NCBI RefSeq assembly: GCF_021869535.1
Contig: NW_026262690.1
Location: 60,884,001 to 60,948,000 of the forward strand
Direction: 5' to 3'
From: Mytilus californianus
Taxonomy: Eukaryota
DNA length: 64,000 bases
Shown here: positions 36,638-48,930 of the stretch, one piece after another
How positions within the stretch are numbered: the first letter of the stretch is position 1
Layout: every line of letters starts with the position of its first letter
The notes under the pieces: generated by a model
Database searches by the model: none
What the model saw: the letters and a program-made list of their open reading frames with translations, nothing else
What the model was told of the DNA's origin: nothing
Position numbers and translations under genes: made by a program

Positions 36638-37546
36638 TCCCTTAGGCAGGGATAAATTGCACTTTGTAATAAATTCACTCTGATTCAAACAAAAAGTTAT
36701 CTGACACTAACATTATCAAGATGCTTGATTTCGTGATTGACAACATATTTGTTACGTGTGGAGGACGTGTTATTCAATCGGCACTCCATGGGCACCAACT
36801 GCGTTACTCTTCTTGTCGACTTGTTCCTTTATTCATTTGAGGCGGACTTCATACAAAAACTTATAAAGAACAATGAAAAGAAGCTAGCATTATCCTTTAA
36901 CTTCGGTTTCCGCTATAATGATGATGTCATCTCACTAAATAATTTAAAGTTTGGTGAATATGTTGAACGTATCTTTCCCATCGAACTTGAAATAAAGGAT
37001 ACAACAGATACAGTCAATTCTGTCGCATGTTTTGACTTACATCTAGAAATTAACAATAAGGGTCGTTTGAGAACATAACTTAGAGGGTTGCTGCTAACAA
37101 GGAAGCTATTAAACCAAGAGTTCCAAGTAGTGAAATTGAAATCATCCCTTCGAAAATGTTACGGACGCCATCGTGTGTTGGTTGATCGTTATGGAATATC
37201 TGTTTTACAGATGACGACAAATATGTTCCAATTGTCGTAACCACAATCCCGTCTTCTTTTCCCCGAATGTAAACTACCGAATTAGACTAACTGCCAGATT
37301 TGTTCTTACATGAGCAACACGACGGATGTCACATGTGGAGCAAATTCTGCTTTCCCTTCCGGAGCACCTAAGATCACACCCAGTTTTGTTGAGGTTCGTG
37401 TTGCTCAGTCATTAGTTTTCTATGTTGTGTCTTTTGTAAACTGTTGTTTGTTTTTTGGTCCTTTTCTTTTTTTGCCATGGCGTTTTCAGTTTATTTTCGA
37501 CTTATGAGTTTGAATATTCCTTTGTTGTCTTTGGCCTCTCTTTTAA
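36638..37546 (+). mobile_element. PLE lineage 1, RT remnant with internal deletion plus 3' UTR
   Basis: ORF 36737-37078 MGTNCVTLLVDLFLYSFEADF..FRYNDDV..FDLHLEI. The YDKRDDF region is deleted at ~37078. Ends CTCTTTTAAAA. Confidence 0.92.
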
Positions 37547-37929
37547 AAAGATGGATACAGACTTTCTCCCAAACACTTTCATCTGGTTTCATTCCTTGTT
37601 ACCTTGATTTGTCTCTTCCTTAATAATTGACGAGAATTGAACGTGGTAAACTTCTGTCGCCTTAACTTACTATCCAAAAGCGAGATAATACACATGTCTG
37701 TTTTCAATTAACAAGCTAGGTTAGATTTATGTCCGATTTTACATGCCTTCAGTGTAAAGTTAGTCATATAACTATATAACTATTGGTATATAATTCATGT
37801 ATCTCTCAATCGGTCATTTTGAAATAGACAATTGATGATTTTCTTTTTATTTGTTCAAACGTTTCTATTTTAATATGTGATATTTTCACTGAGTTGGGTT
37901 CATTTTTTATTTCCAATTTGATTGATTAA

Positions 37930-38430
37930 ACAAGGTATACAATTTCCAAACTTATTCGGTATTCAAGAGCTTGCAGCTGCTTCTCATACTTTATAAAACG
38001 TCACCAGTGTCTGAGCAGAAAGTTGATAAACCAGGGTTATGTCAAAGAGCGTCTCGTCCTTTTTCTAAAAAAAAGTTCATTGGAAGATACCATGACCTTG
38101 TTGATAAATATCCCCTACCAACTTCACTAATAATACATGATGGTCTTCATGTATAGATTCTAGGTACTGACGTTGTTTATCATTATAATTACGTGATATA
38201 GTGTTCTTTTTGTTTGTCTTTGTATATTTTTAACCTCTACTGTGTAGTCCAATTTTGGTAATATATCTTTGGCGTGGCTAGGTATTTATACATCCCGCAA
38301 CTGTGTTATTGTGCTATGATCATTTTTGTATTCTCGTCTTTCCTTTTTGCTGATGTACTTTATCTATTGTGTGTATATATGTCATTTTGCTTTTCTTTGT
38401 TGAAATAGTTATTTGTTTTTATAGTGACAA
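37930..38430 (+). mobile_element. PLE lineage 2 RT C-terminus and 3' UTR
   Basis: YSRACSCFSYFIKRHQCLSRKLINQGYVKERL..(frameshift)KKFIGRYHDLVDKY..*, followed by segment F. Confidence 0.85.
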
Positions 38431-39323
38431 TGTTGATTAAGAGTATAGCTAATCCTGATTGGTCGTTGTGTGCAGCTGATATTTTTTATTACTAGATACT
38501 TCGTCCACTCTGCATTATACCAAAGGCAAAATAGTATATTTTCATTAGCCCTAAAGGGCCCGAGAAGTCTTTTCTACGCTATGACGACATACGTATTTTT
38601 AAGTCCAGAATTGATTGGCAAGGGAGATAAGTACAAATTGCGTTAAGAAAAGCAACTCGAACCTGTATTTTTTGGACTAAAAATTACTTTCCGAATAATT
38701 TTTCTTTCATTCTAGCAAAAAGTAAAATCGCAAAAATACTGAACTCCGAGGAAAATTCAAAGAGGAAAGTCCCCAATCATAGAAGGTTTTGTTCTAAAAA
38801 ATCAGCTTTCTAAAGTCTCGAAAATAGCTACTATTGTCGCCTATGGGGGAATCAATTGTTGTTTGCAATCTATAATGTATTGCTTTTTTCATCTGGCGAT
38901 CTGTAAATAATAAAATTTTAATCTTTCTAACAAACAGAAACAAAAACATAATCAGTCTGTTGTTATGCAATCAGTTAATTACGCCTGCTGAACCAATAAG
39001 CTTATGAAAAGTGTCGAATTACATAAATGAAGATTAAACCATTATAAATTTAACATTAGTCTTTGAAATATGGTAATGCCATTTCTTGAGCTTGTTGATA
39101 AAATAAACGCAAAATAAACTGTGCAGGCGTTAACTTTAACTGGAATTGAGATGTACCAACGAAAAAGCCATTAGTTGTGCAAGGTATTTCTTACATTAAT
39201 GGAATTATCTTTTAATTTGCATGTATTAACGTGCGTAAGCATCACGCTTAAGTTCAAGCTTTACGTTGTAGTGTCTACTATTTCATAAGCTAAACGAGTG
39301 TTAATCTACTGAAAATGTAAGCC

Positions 39324-39788
39324 GTAAAATATGAAAACAACACGTTATTAATTTCATGAGTCCGAAACGCTTCTCTGGATTTATCTTTATCAGGAACGCT
39401 CATAGCCGAATATTTGAAAACTGAGGATGTATAAGAACTGAAACAATTGAAGAGCTATATGTCCAAAAAGTACCTCAAAATAGTCAAATCCATCTAAGGT
39501 CAACTTTGCTTGGGGGAGTCGAAACCTCCGTTTCTATTTAATTTTAAAATTTATAAACGAACAATTTTAGAAAGGTTTGTTATAAATCATGTCAGTATCG
39601 AAGTACTAACTTCTGAGCTGATAACCTCGGCGACTGATAGTCCACCAGCAGATGTATCGAACCAGTGCTGTAAAAAAAGGAAAACAACACGTTATAAATT
39701 TCATGCGTCTCATGGATTTACCTTCATCAGGAACGCTCAAAGCCGAATGTTTGAAAGCCAAGGATGTATAAGAACCGAAACAGTTGAA
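39324..39788 (-). mobile_element. Retrozyme family B, ~1.3 tandem units (period 347), both hammerheads damaged
   Basis: CAACACGTTA at 39338 and 39685. One core reads CTGATAA..GAGA; the other lacks GAAA/stem III. Confidence 0.88.
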
Positions 39789-39879
39789 ATATTCCAAACA
39801 AGGAAAACAACTAAGAATTTTTAATTCTTTTTTTCGCAATTTTATTTTTCTCAAATATTAAGGTTTTTAAATTAAGATG

Positions 39880-40560
39880 TATTGTTGTGGCAACAGTTGT
39901 CAACCGATGTTCAAATCTCGTACATCCATTTATAGAAAATACATATCAAGGTTACAAACAAACAACTGAGGGAATGACATGAACCCGAAAGGATTGAGAC
40001 AGCTTTTTCGATATGATAAGCGTCTCCTGCTATGCATGCATCACCAGCCCTGCGAAACTCCACTCAGTCAAAATATCACAATCTGGTCTATAAAACAATT
40101 GGGATATTTACAGATCAGACTATTATTTTGGTATATAAAAAGAAAGACCGCGAAAACATGTCTCTTGTGAATTGAGACACAAACATATCGTGTCGGTTAA
40201 CCAATTTATGATGATAACCGTAAAACTTATGAATTATCGATAACTTTTTTCTCATTATTCTGTTTGATCAGTTTTTGTGCTTACCCCTGTTTGGTGGATT
40301 TCTTATATTAGTGTGCATATGCATGAGTGTAACGTATTTATCAAGATATCTAAACGCCATACGACGAGACACACGAGCATGTTACTGCTTTGAAATGGGG
40401 AGTTGACAATTTGAAAGCTGAAATCATCACGTTTGTCAAAGATTTTATTTTGAAGCCGTCTATCAGTGTCAATATCGTAATTAGTTTCGGTAGTGTTCCT
40501 AGACTCAAGTTTGCTTGGATATTTGAGGTGCAAACACTCACTGAAATGTTGGTTATTGAG
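39880..40560 (-). mobile_element. PLE lineage 3 RT end and 3' UTR
   Basis: ORF 40303-40533 YPSKLE..KIFDKRDDFSFQIVNSPFQSSN; the 3' end TTGAACATCGGTTGAC..CTGTTGCC is near 39890. Confidence 0.82.
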
Positions 40561-41223
40561 TGACAGTGCATCATCAATATTTCTAAAACTAAAATTACAG
40601 AACGTAACAAGATGATATTTCTCTCTGTCTTTTGGCAGTTTCTGTATGAAATCTGTTGCAAATGAGCACTAAAACATGTCAGCCAGTAGTGGTGCATAAT
40701 GAGAACCCATTGGAATACAGACAGTATGTTGAAATATCAATCCACCAAACTCAACAAATCTGTTTTCGATCAAAAAGTCCAGCGGTTTATGACATCATCT
40801 GAAGTGTATTTGGTGTTGGAATAAGTGTGGTACTTAAATCAAGCAATTAGTATTTGCAATTCTCACTATGTAGAAAAATCTCTGTTTCATGAGGCGATGT
40901 AGACAATCTTTTAATTCAGCATTGGGAATATTAGTGTTAAGCGCAGAAAACTCTAAAGTTTTGATATAATAACACATCGTTTATATTAAAAATTATGCCG
41001 TTTCATTAACATTCACGCAGCTGCTAGCATTATACAAGACACTTACGATTAAGTGCTTTTTTCCAATCATGTTCAGATTTTATAATAGATGTGTTATTTA
41101 AAGAGTATTAATGATAAACCATTAATATTTAAGATTTTGTTGCATGAAGGTTGTTAAATGTTAAGCTTTTATTTATTTTCTAATTTTCCGTTGATATATT
41201 AAGAAATTATTATGAAATTAATT

Positions 41224-41397
41224 CCTTCAGGCAAAGTTGACCTTAGAAGATATTGACTATTTTAGGTCCCTTTTAGTTATATAGCTTTTCTCCGTGTTTA
41301 GGTGTTATGCATCCTTGGCTATCAAATGTTTGGGTTTGAGCGTTGCTGGTGAAGGTAAATTCAGAAAAAGGCTTCGGACGCTCGTAATTATAACGTT
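41224..41397 (+). mobile_element. Retrozyme family B fragment, degenerate hammerhead
   Basis: GAGCGTTG CTGGTGA AGGTAAATTCA GAAA AAGGCTTC GGACGC. Confidence 0.8.
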
Positions 41398-42923
41398 TCA
41401 GTTATGCATGCAAGCAATGTATCAGTCCATTGAAATATATATATATTTCTTCATATTTTCTAATTTATCTTTTAATATTATAAATCTAAATACTAGAATA
41501 TTCTTTTGTTAATAAAGTATTTTAGACGAGGAAAAATTTTCACGAAAGAAAATTGTTTTCCATTATTTCATATATCTAATACTGCAAATCATGGTAGGAA
41601 TTACGGTTAATGTTCTGAGGAACAAATAACATCATTATTTTGTTAAAACAAAACAAAAGCCCACCAATTATTATTAGCATAAATTTGAAACTATAATGAA
41701 AAGCAGTAGTGGAATATTCTCATAATGAGAATGTAAGTATAAAATCTAAGATGTTAACATGTATAATGGTTTAAATTTTGCTTTAAAATCATTTTTTTTT
41801 TAAATTTAAAAGTGATTTTATTTTGTATATTTCTCCTAGTTGAGAAAATATTTTTGTGCTAAAAAGCGTTGAAAAATGAGATACATCTACCGTGGGATAT
41901 GATTATAAGAAGTAAAAATATTCTTTTTGGTGGTTTATAAAGTTGTTATCTAATGTGGTTTTTTTTTAAAGAAGCTTGATACGAATGTGCTACAGTTGAA
42001 TATTGTGATATCTTGCCACGATTTGAATTTGAACTTTTATCAAATTTTTGTACCTTATTTTCGTAAACCAAAACAATATGTGCCAGATCAGGGCCACATT
42101 TTATATTTTCTTTTGCAAATAATCTCCAAGAGGTTATATTGCTTACATAACATTTCTAATTAATAAAGTAGTGCATCATAGTTAATGGTTATTTTGATAT
42201 TATCTAATTTGACATTCAAAACTCAATGGAATAATGTTCCTCTATAAATCTATGTCAATATCTATTATCAATCCATATACGGAATCAATTTATGTCAAAG
42301 TGTGTATATTACTGAGATTTATTAATGCATGTTAGGGATAGCACTTTCTTTCACTAAGATATTTGCCAGAAATCACCAACAAATAATAGAATATCTAAAC
42401 ATGGAATTTCTATGAAAACATTATCTCGCTATACGTAAGAATCGACATCTCGTAAGATTCTTAAAAAAAGAAAACAACTTCTTAGATCACATTGGAATAT
42501 GCAAAAATTTGTGTTTCAAGAAAGTATGTCTTCAAATACAAATGTTGCCTTGCCAGAAATTGTCATAAGAAATATAATAAGGTACAAAGTCGGCACTCTA
42601 AATTCCGAAGTGAAAAGAAGATCAGGCAACACCCTAACCAAAATATAAAGACAAAAAGACATACAATACTCAACAACATAACAAAACAAACAGAACAAAC
42701 AAAACAACACATTACACAACAAACGAAAGTATTAGAAATAGGACCACCACTTAAAACCAGGGCACAACACAGAATCTAGGCAAGAGTAAACAATTCTTTC
42801 CGCAATAGTTTGCTGTTTGACGTTTCTTGGCACAGTGCAGAAACAATATTTTAAGTGTAAGGTTCGATATTGCCAATTTTGTTTAAGCTTATCCTAACCA
42901 ATTTAATACAAATGTATATATTA

Positions 42924-44592
42924 CAGGCAGTTTCTTAATTTAGGCATTTTGTAAAATGCATGAAAACGTTAGGCATTTTCTAATATGTCTGTAAGGTTTA
43001 GGCAATTTATATATTGACTATTTTCTTCAGACATTTTACATAATGCCTAGAAAAATTGAAAGGCATTTTACAAAATGCCTGAATTATTTTATAGAATGAA
43101 ATGTATGCAAAAACTAACCATTGAAAGTATAGAACAAAACAACAGTTTGATATACGATGATAACTGAATTTTAACGCTTGCATTTAAAGAGATTTAATTA
43201 TCAAAAATAAATTCAACTGAATTATTTAAAATTCCTACAAGTACTGAAATCGACAATTATTTGTTATTTCATGAAATATTTGAATGGCAAGTTATGTTGC
43301 ACATTTGTCCTGATTTTTTGGCAAATATATCGTTTGGTTTTAAATCTGATCTCAGCACTACAACCACATTTGGTGTAACCCAGACCATGAATTTTTCAGC
43401 TCTGTCAACATGTAAACGTTTGAAAAACATGGGGTTTTGCAAACAGTACACACATGAATATCTTCTTTACATGTGTTTCCAAAAGATTCGAAGTATTATT
43501 AGCATGAGTAGGTTGACTTACATCTTTTGGGTTAGACTGAATCAGATTCGTCTCATAGTGCGTGATGCATGTATAGCAGGAGACGCTTACCCTTTGGATG
43601 CACCTTGATTTGTTTCTTCTTGGTTCATTGTTTTATTCTAGCATCAGTACACTACTGTCGCCTTAATTCGACAGATTACAAAGACATAAGAATGTCCATG
43701 AGGCAGTGACGATGAATATATTCATATCTTTACTTTACAACCAAACACGACCTTGTATGGCGAAACCAATGGTTTACAGGGGAATTTGTTTTGCTGAAAC
43801 ATCTGTCCCTATCCAACATACTTTCCTTTCAAGCGGCAGTCAACATTCTTGTCTTTTATCCGATCAATCCATTGCAGAACTTGCATATTTGATTTTTTTT
43901 CAATTTGTTCTCGTCCTAAATAAGCATAAAATATTTGCCACCGGACGCAAACAAACAACAATCAGTAAATCAAACAACATCCTACATTTTCTCTGCTTTA
44001 TATTTCACAATTTTGTTTTAAATTTAGATTTTCTAAAAAAATTATTTGTGATTGCTTCGTATTGAAAGAATAAACTGTCCTTCTGTCAACATGACAAAAA
44101 AGTGATAAAATTACTATCTGAAATACAAAGTAAGTACAAATATAAAGTAGTTTCACTGAGAAAAAGAACTATGACATACATACAAACTTTCCCAGTTGGT
44201 ATTTGAAAAATAAACTTTATTTTAGGTATCTTCTTTGCAAGATATTGTGGTTTTGTCACATCTCCATGACACTCTTTTTCTGTACTAAGTCAGAAATATG
44301 ACAGTTGTTTTCCTTTCGTTTGATGTGTTTCAGCTTTTGATTTTGCCATTTGATAACGGTTTTTCCGTTTTGAATTTTCCTTGGAGTTCTGTATTTTTGT
44401 TATTTTACTTTTTTCTACGAATTACCTGAAACTGAATAGGCAATTTGTTGAATTTTGTTTAAAAGTTCCAGTCATTTTACAAAATGACTATGGATTTTTA
44501 GTCATTTTATATAATGCCTGTCAACGTTAGGTCTTTTGTAAATTGCCTGAAAATTCAGGCATTTTACAAAATGCCTAATCAGGAAATGTCTG
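42924..44592. mobile_element. Non-autonomous TIR element flanked by TA, with arrays of a palindromic 20-mer
   Basis: TA|CAGGCAGTTTCTTAATTTAGGCATTTTGTAAAATGC versus right-end reverse complement TA|CAGACATTTCCTGATTAGGCATTTTGTAAAATGC. AGGCATTTT-n2-AAAATGCCT variants are repeated at 42940-43085 and 44430-44580. PLE fragments are nested at 43545-43666 and 44274-44415. Confidence 0.7.
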
Positions 44593-47198
44593 TAACATAT
44601 ACACCTATACCAATCATCGCCTAGCTAATGACAGTTACAAAGAAAAAGTCATCAAATATCATATTATGGCCTTGAATTTCAACTTTATAATAAAATACAA
44701 ATAGCATATAATTTGGTTTTTAAATGGATCTATTTCAAAAGACTTACTACTATGTTAAACAAATCTCTCCATAAGAATACATTCTAGGCTTCAATGTCAG
44801 CACATTTGGGATATAGTGTCAAAATACGATGTATGTTTTCCCTAAAGCTTGATGACATACTTGGTCGCAACTTCCGATGCAAAATGTTCTTTAACCAAAA
44901 GATGCCAACAAATGATATTGAATCCCTAGTTACAAATATTTTCGGGACCACGGTTGGCAAATTATGTTAAAAACTGTTAAGAATTATGGGGGGAAATAGA
45001 GCAATGCTGACATTACGATACAAATAATGCATATTAAATGAGTCATTTCATTTACAATGTGATGTGCCAAAAAAGAAGTTATTTGTATTAACAGTAATAT
45101 CACAACTATTTCTACATGAAATTTACCTGATTAAAAGAAACATCATAATCTTAGGGCCAATTTTAACCCTTCGTGAAATTACTCTAATTTTTTCTTACAC
45201 ATTTGTTTTTCGTCCTCAAACTCAGTGCATTTCAAGAAAGAAAAATGCGTAAAAGGTTTAAATTGTCTTTTTGACATCTTTTCGTGAGAAACTGCCTTTC
45301 TGATCAAGAAAGTTTGCAGACAACCGTAGTTTCGAAACATGTTGACATTTTTGACATTATGTTGAGAAGCCTATTGCTCACATTTAATAAAACTGCACTT
45401 TTTAATCTGTCAATGTGACGTATTCGTGGTATGCTTCCATTCAAATTTCAAAATGATATTTGGATATTCGTTTGAAACGAAAATCCTATTATGGGAAAGA
45501 TTTGAGAATTCAGTCCAACTTAAGAATCTGAGACCAAGCAATGGCTTAAACAATATTTCACATTTAAAATTATTTGCGGTGAACAAACTCATCATAGATA
45601 ATAGACATATAACATTGCATCTTGTGTTAGTTAGTCATATGTGTTAACTCAGGTCATTATTCATTAAATTACTGAGTCTCATTACTGAACGAGGAAATGA
45701 TATTTTTATTTTTTTTTGTAATTGAATTATTATACTAAATGAATATATTTCCTTACTCTTCGTTATTTGATATGACATACCAACTTCGAAGTTGTGCTTT
45801 TATTAACTGATACAAAGATTTAAAACAGTTCCAAAATTAAGCCATCTATATTCTGTTAGTATGAAGGAAATATTTTGAAACGTTCGTTTGAATATTAATC
45901 TATACATTTTCTCCACCTTCCCTATTTCAAAGCACACATATAAGAAGAAAACTGGTTGTCTGCACGATTTTATATTATTTCAAGTCTTATATAGTTTATG
46001 TTTTAAATGTTAATAGCTGTCCCTAAAGACCTCATCGGATCCAATTGTATCCACGATCCGTCAGAACTAATTAAACCATTTTATTTGATTACTTTTTAAT
46101 TTGACATAAGTACATTTCCTTGGTGGATAATGTAGTCCTTACCTTCAACATTTCAAATTATATGTCTATGCTAGTATGACATAAGCACGCTATTATGTTA
46201 AAAACACTTGCGTGTGTTCTCTTTACAAAAAATAATTGAAAGTACACAAGAAAATATTGTGTTACTTTAAATTTTTCTTAAGATTGTTATTTTTCTTTTA
46301 AGCACCACATATTTCGAGATTCTTTCCGTAAATTAAAATATGATATAGAGGCAAGTGCTTTTACAAATCACGTTATAACATAAAATATTAGGTTTAATGG
46401 TTCTTTTTTAAACTAACAGTTTATGTAGATAAAAAAAAACTTTTTACTCATCTTTTTTCTAATATATAATACCAATCATAACCTCTCTTATTGTACTATG
46501 GAAATTTACCAAAGGGAACTGACTTTAAATACATCTAATACAAACAGCAAAACATTTTCCTTTTCCAAATTTTGATATCCTCAGTATCACACCCGAAACT
46601 CCGCACTGAAATTGACGACAAAAGAGTCGATTTTTCGTTCCATTTGTTAATTTCCCTTTTTAGAAAGTAAACGTTACTTTCTTTTTCCCCATCTTCTTTC
46701 GTGGTTGCTATGCCCGTGTCTATAGTGATGTGTTAGATTTCAATGAATATTTGTATGTATAACTAATACGCTAAACCCCTACAAAATCCATTCATCAATA
46801 CAAAATTTGGTTTGAAACTGTGGCTGTACCTGTAGAAACCTTATGACATCCTATTTCTTATGTGGATGGTTTTTTATAGAACTTGTAAATTAAGATATGC
46901 TAAATGTCTACTTATACATTTTAAGATCCTTTCGATGAATTTATTTTTAAAGGTTTCTCTTTTAAATAATATACTTGAGGTTTACCCAGTATTTTTTAAA
47001 TATTAGTTTTCAATGGACTTTTATATGTCTGTTCACCTTTTTCTACTTGGAATAATGGTGTCCGTTCTTCTTCGCCTATGATTTGTATATCTTTCAATGA
47101 GGAACCAAAACTCCCGTGTATCCGTAACAAGTTGATTACATGTTTTACCTTGAAAAATAGCGAAATGCCCAGTTACGATATTAAAAAAATTAATAAAA

Positions 47199-47439
47199 AA
47201 ACTCATCAGTGACGCTCAAATAAAAAAAAGTTGACATGCTAAATAAAGAACGAAAGTAAAGAACATTGAGGAACCAAAACTCCGGAGGATTTTGCCAAAT
47301 ACAGCTAAGTTAAATTTATTCCTGGGTAGAAAATTCTTTGTTTTTTGAACAATTTTTGTAAACCGATGATTTATGATTTTGACCATATAAATGAAAATAC
47401 ATGTCATCACAGAAGTGCTGGCTACTAGGCTTGTGATTA
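47199..47439 (-). mobile_element. Retrozyme family A, truncated inside the hammerhead
   Basis: Reverse-colinear with 34770-35005; stops right after GAGCGTCACTGATGAGT. Confidence 0.8.
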
Positions 47440-47892
47440 TAAAAGTCTTATGATAAATTCACTTGGACGTTTAAAAGTATTAATATATTTAATAGTTCCT
47501 AATTTTCAAGGCCTTAGGAGAATATAGTATGGATGCACTCAATGTTTTCTATGCAACACCATATCAAATGATGACGTACGAATCTGCACGGTAGTCATGC
47601 AACATGTTGTACCTGCCATGCGTAATAAAATATGTTAGACACCAATGCTTCGGTTACAAATGATTATACAGTTATTTCATAAGGATTGCCTTTAATATAC
47701 TATGCTCTCGTCACGCAGACACACACTTTTGAAAAAAAAAACAATTAATGGAAAGGAAAGATCATTGCAAGATTTATTAATATTATGAACATCTGCAATA
47801 TATTTTCAAAAGATTATAAAGCAAAATACCTAAATAATAAATAAGTGATCTATACTACGTCAAGTTTTGTTTATAATGATATTTGTCAGGCT

Positions 47893-48930
47893 TTAAATAA
47901 AGGCAACAGTAGTATACCGCTGTTCAAAACTCATAAATCGATAGAGATAAAAACAAATCCGGGTTACAAACTAAAACTGAGAGAAACGCATCAAATATAA
48001 GAGGAGAACAACGACACAACAAAAACACAACATTAAAATGTAACACACACAGAAACGAACTATAATATAACAATGGCCATTTTCCTGACTTGGTACAGGA
48101 CATTTTAAGAAAAAAAATGGTGGGTTGAACCTGGTTTTGTGGCATGCCAAACCTCCCGCTTTTATGGCAACGTCAAACACAACACCAAAACGACAACATC
48201 ACATGACAGGACCACAATACAAATAAATGGGAGAACATATAGGACAAAGAAACACACGAATAATAGCTAGCAGAAGGTACTAGGCTTAAAATTCAATACG
48301 CCAGACGTGCGTCTCGTCCACACAAGATTAACCAGTGACGCTCAGATAAAAAAAAGTTTGAAAGCCAAAACAAGTGGTAATCTGAAGAGCACCGAGGATC
48401 AAAACTTCCAAAAAGTTGCGCCTAACACGGCCAGGATTTTCTGCCTGGGACAAGAACATCCTTATTATTTAGAATAATTTATAATTTTGCAAACAGTAAA
48501 TATTATAAAATGACTATATGATAGATATACATGATAAAACCAAAGTGGGGACTAACTACAGAATAAAAACGGATACATTACATAAAACAACTTAATCCAA
48601 CATATAAAAATACACAGCCGAGTTAGCTAAAGCCTCAACACACAAAGTGACGTCACATTTGAAATTCTAAAAAAAAAACACACACAAAGTGACGTCACAT
48701 ATGAATTTGTAAAAATATTTCCCAAAAATAAGATAGGATTAGGATTGATTCAAGATAGATTTGTAATACTGCCATTACATTTATTAATAACAATGAAAAT
48801 TACAATACTTATTAATATCAAATTGTGGTAGTAATTAGATAATTAATTGTATTATCTAGCTATGTCGGTGTTTCTTCTGAATCAAACTGTAAACCAAATA
48901 TATCGTATTTCGTTGAACCAAACTAAAATC
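47893..48930 (-). mobile_element. Family D copy carrying an internal family-A-like ribozyme module (48275-48555)
   Basis: D segments on both sides match 1907-2618. The module reads GAGCGTCA CTGGTTA ATCTTGTGTGGAC GAGA CGCACGTC TGGCGTA on the minus strand. Confidence 0.8.
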
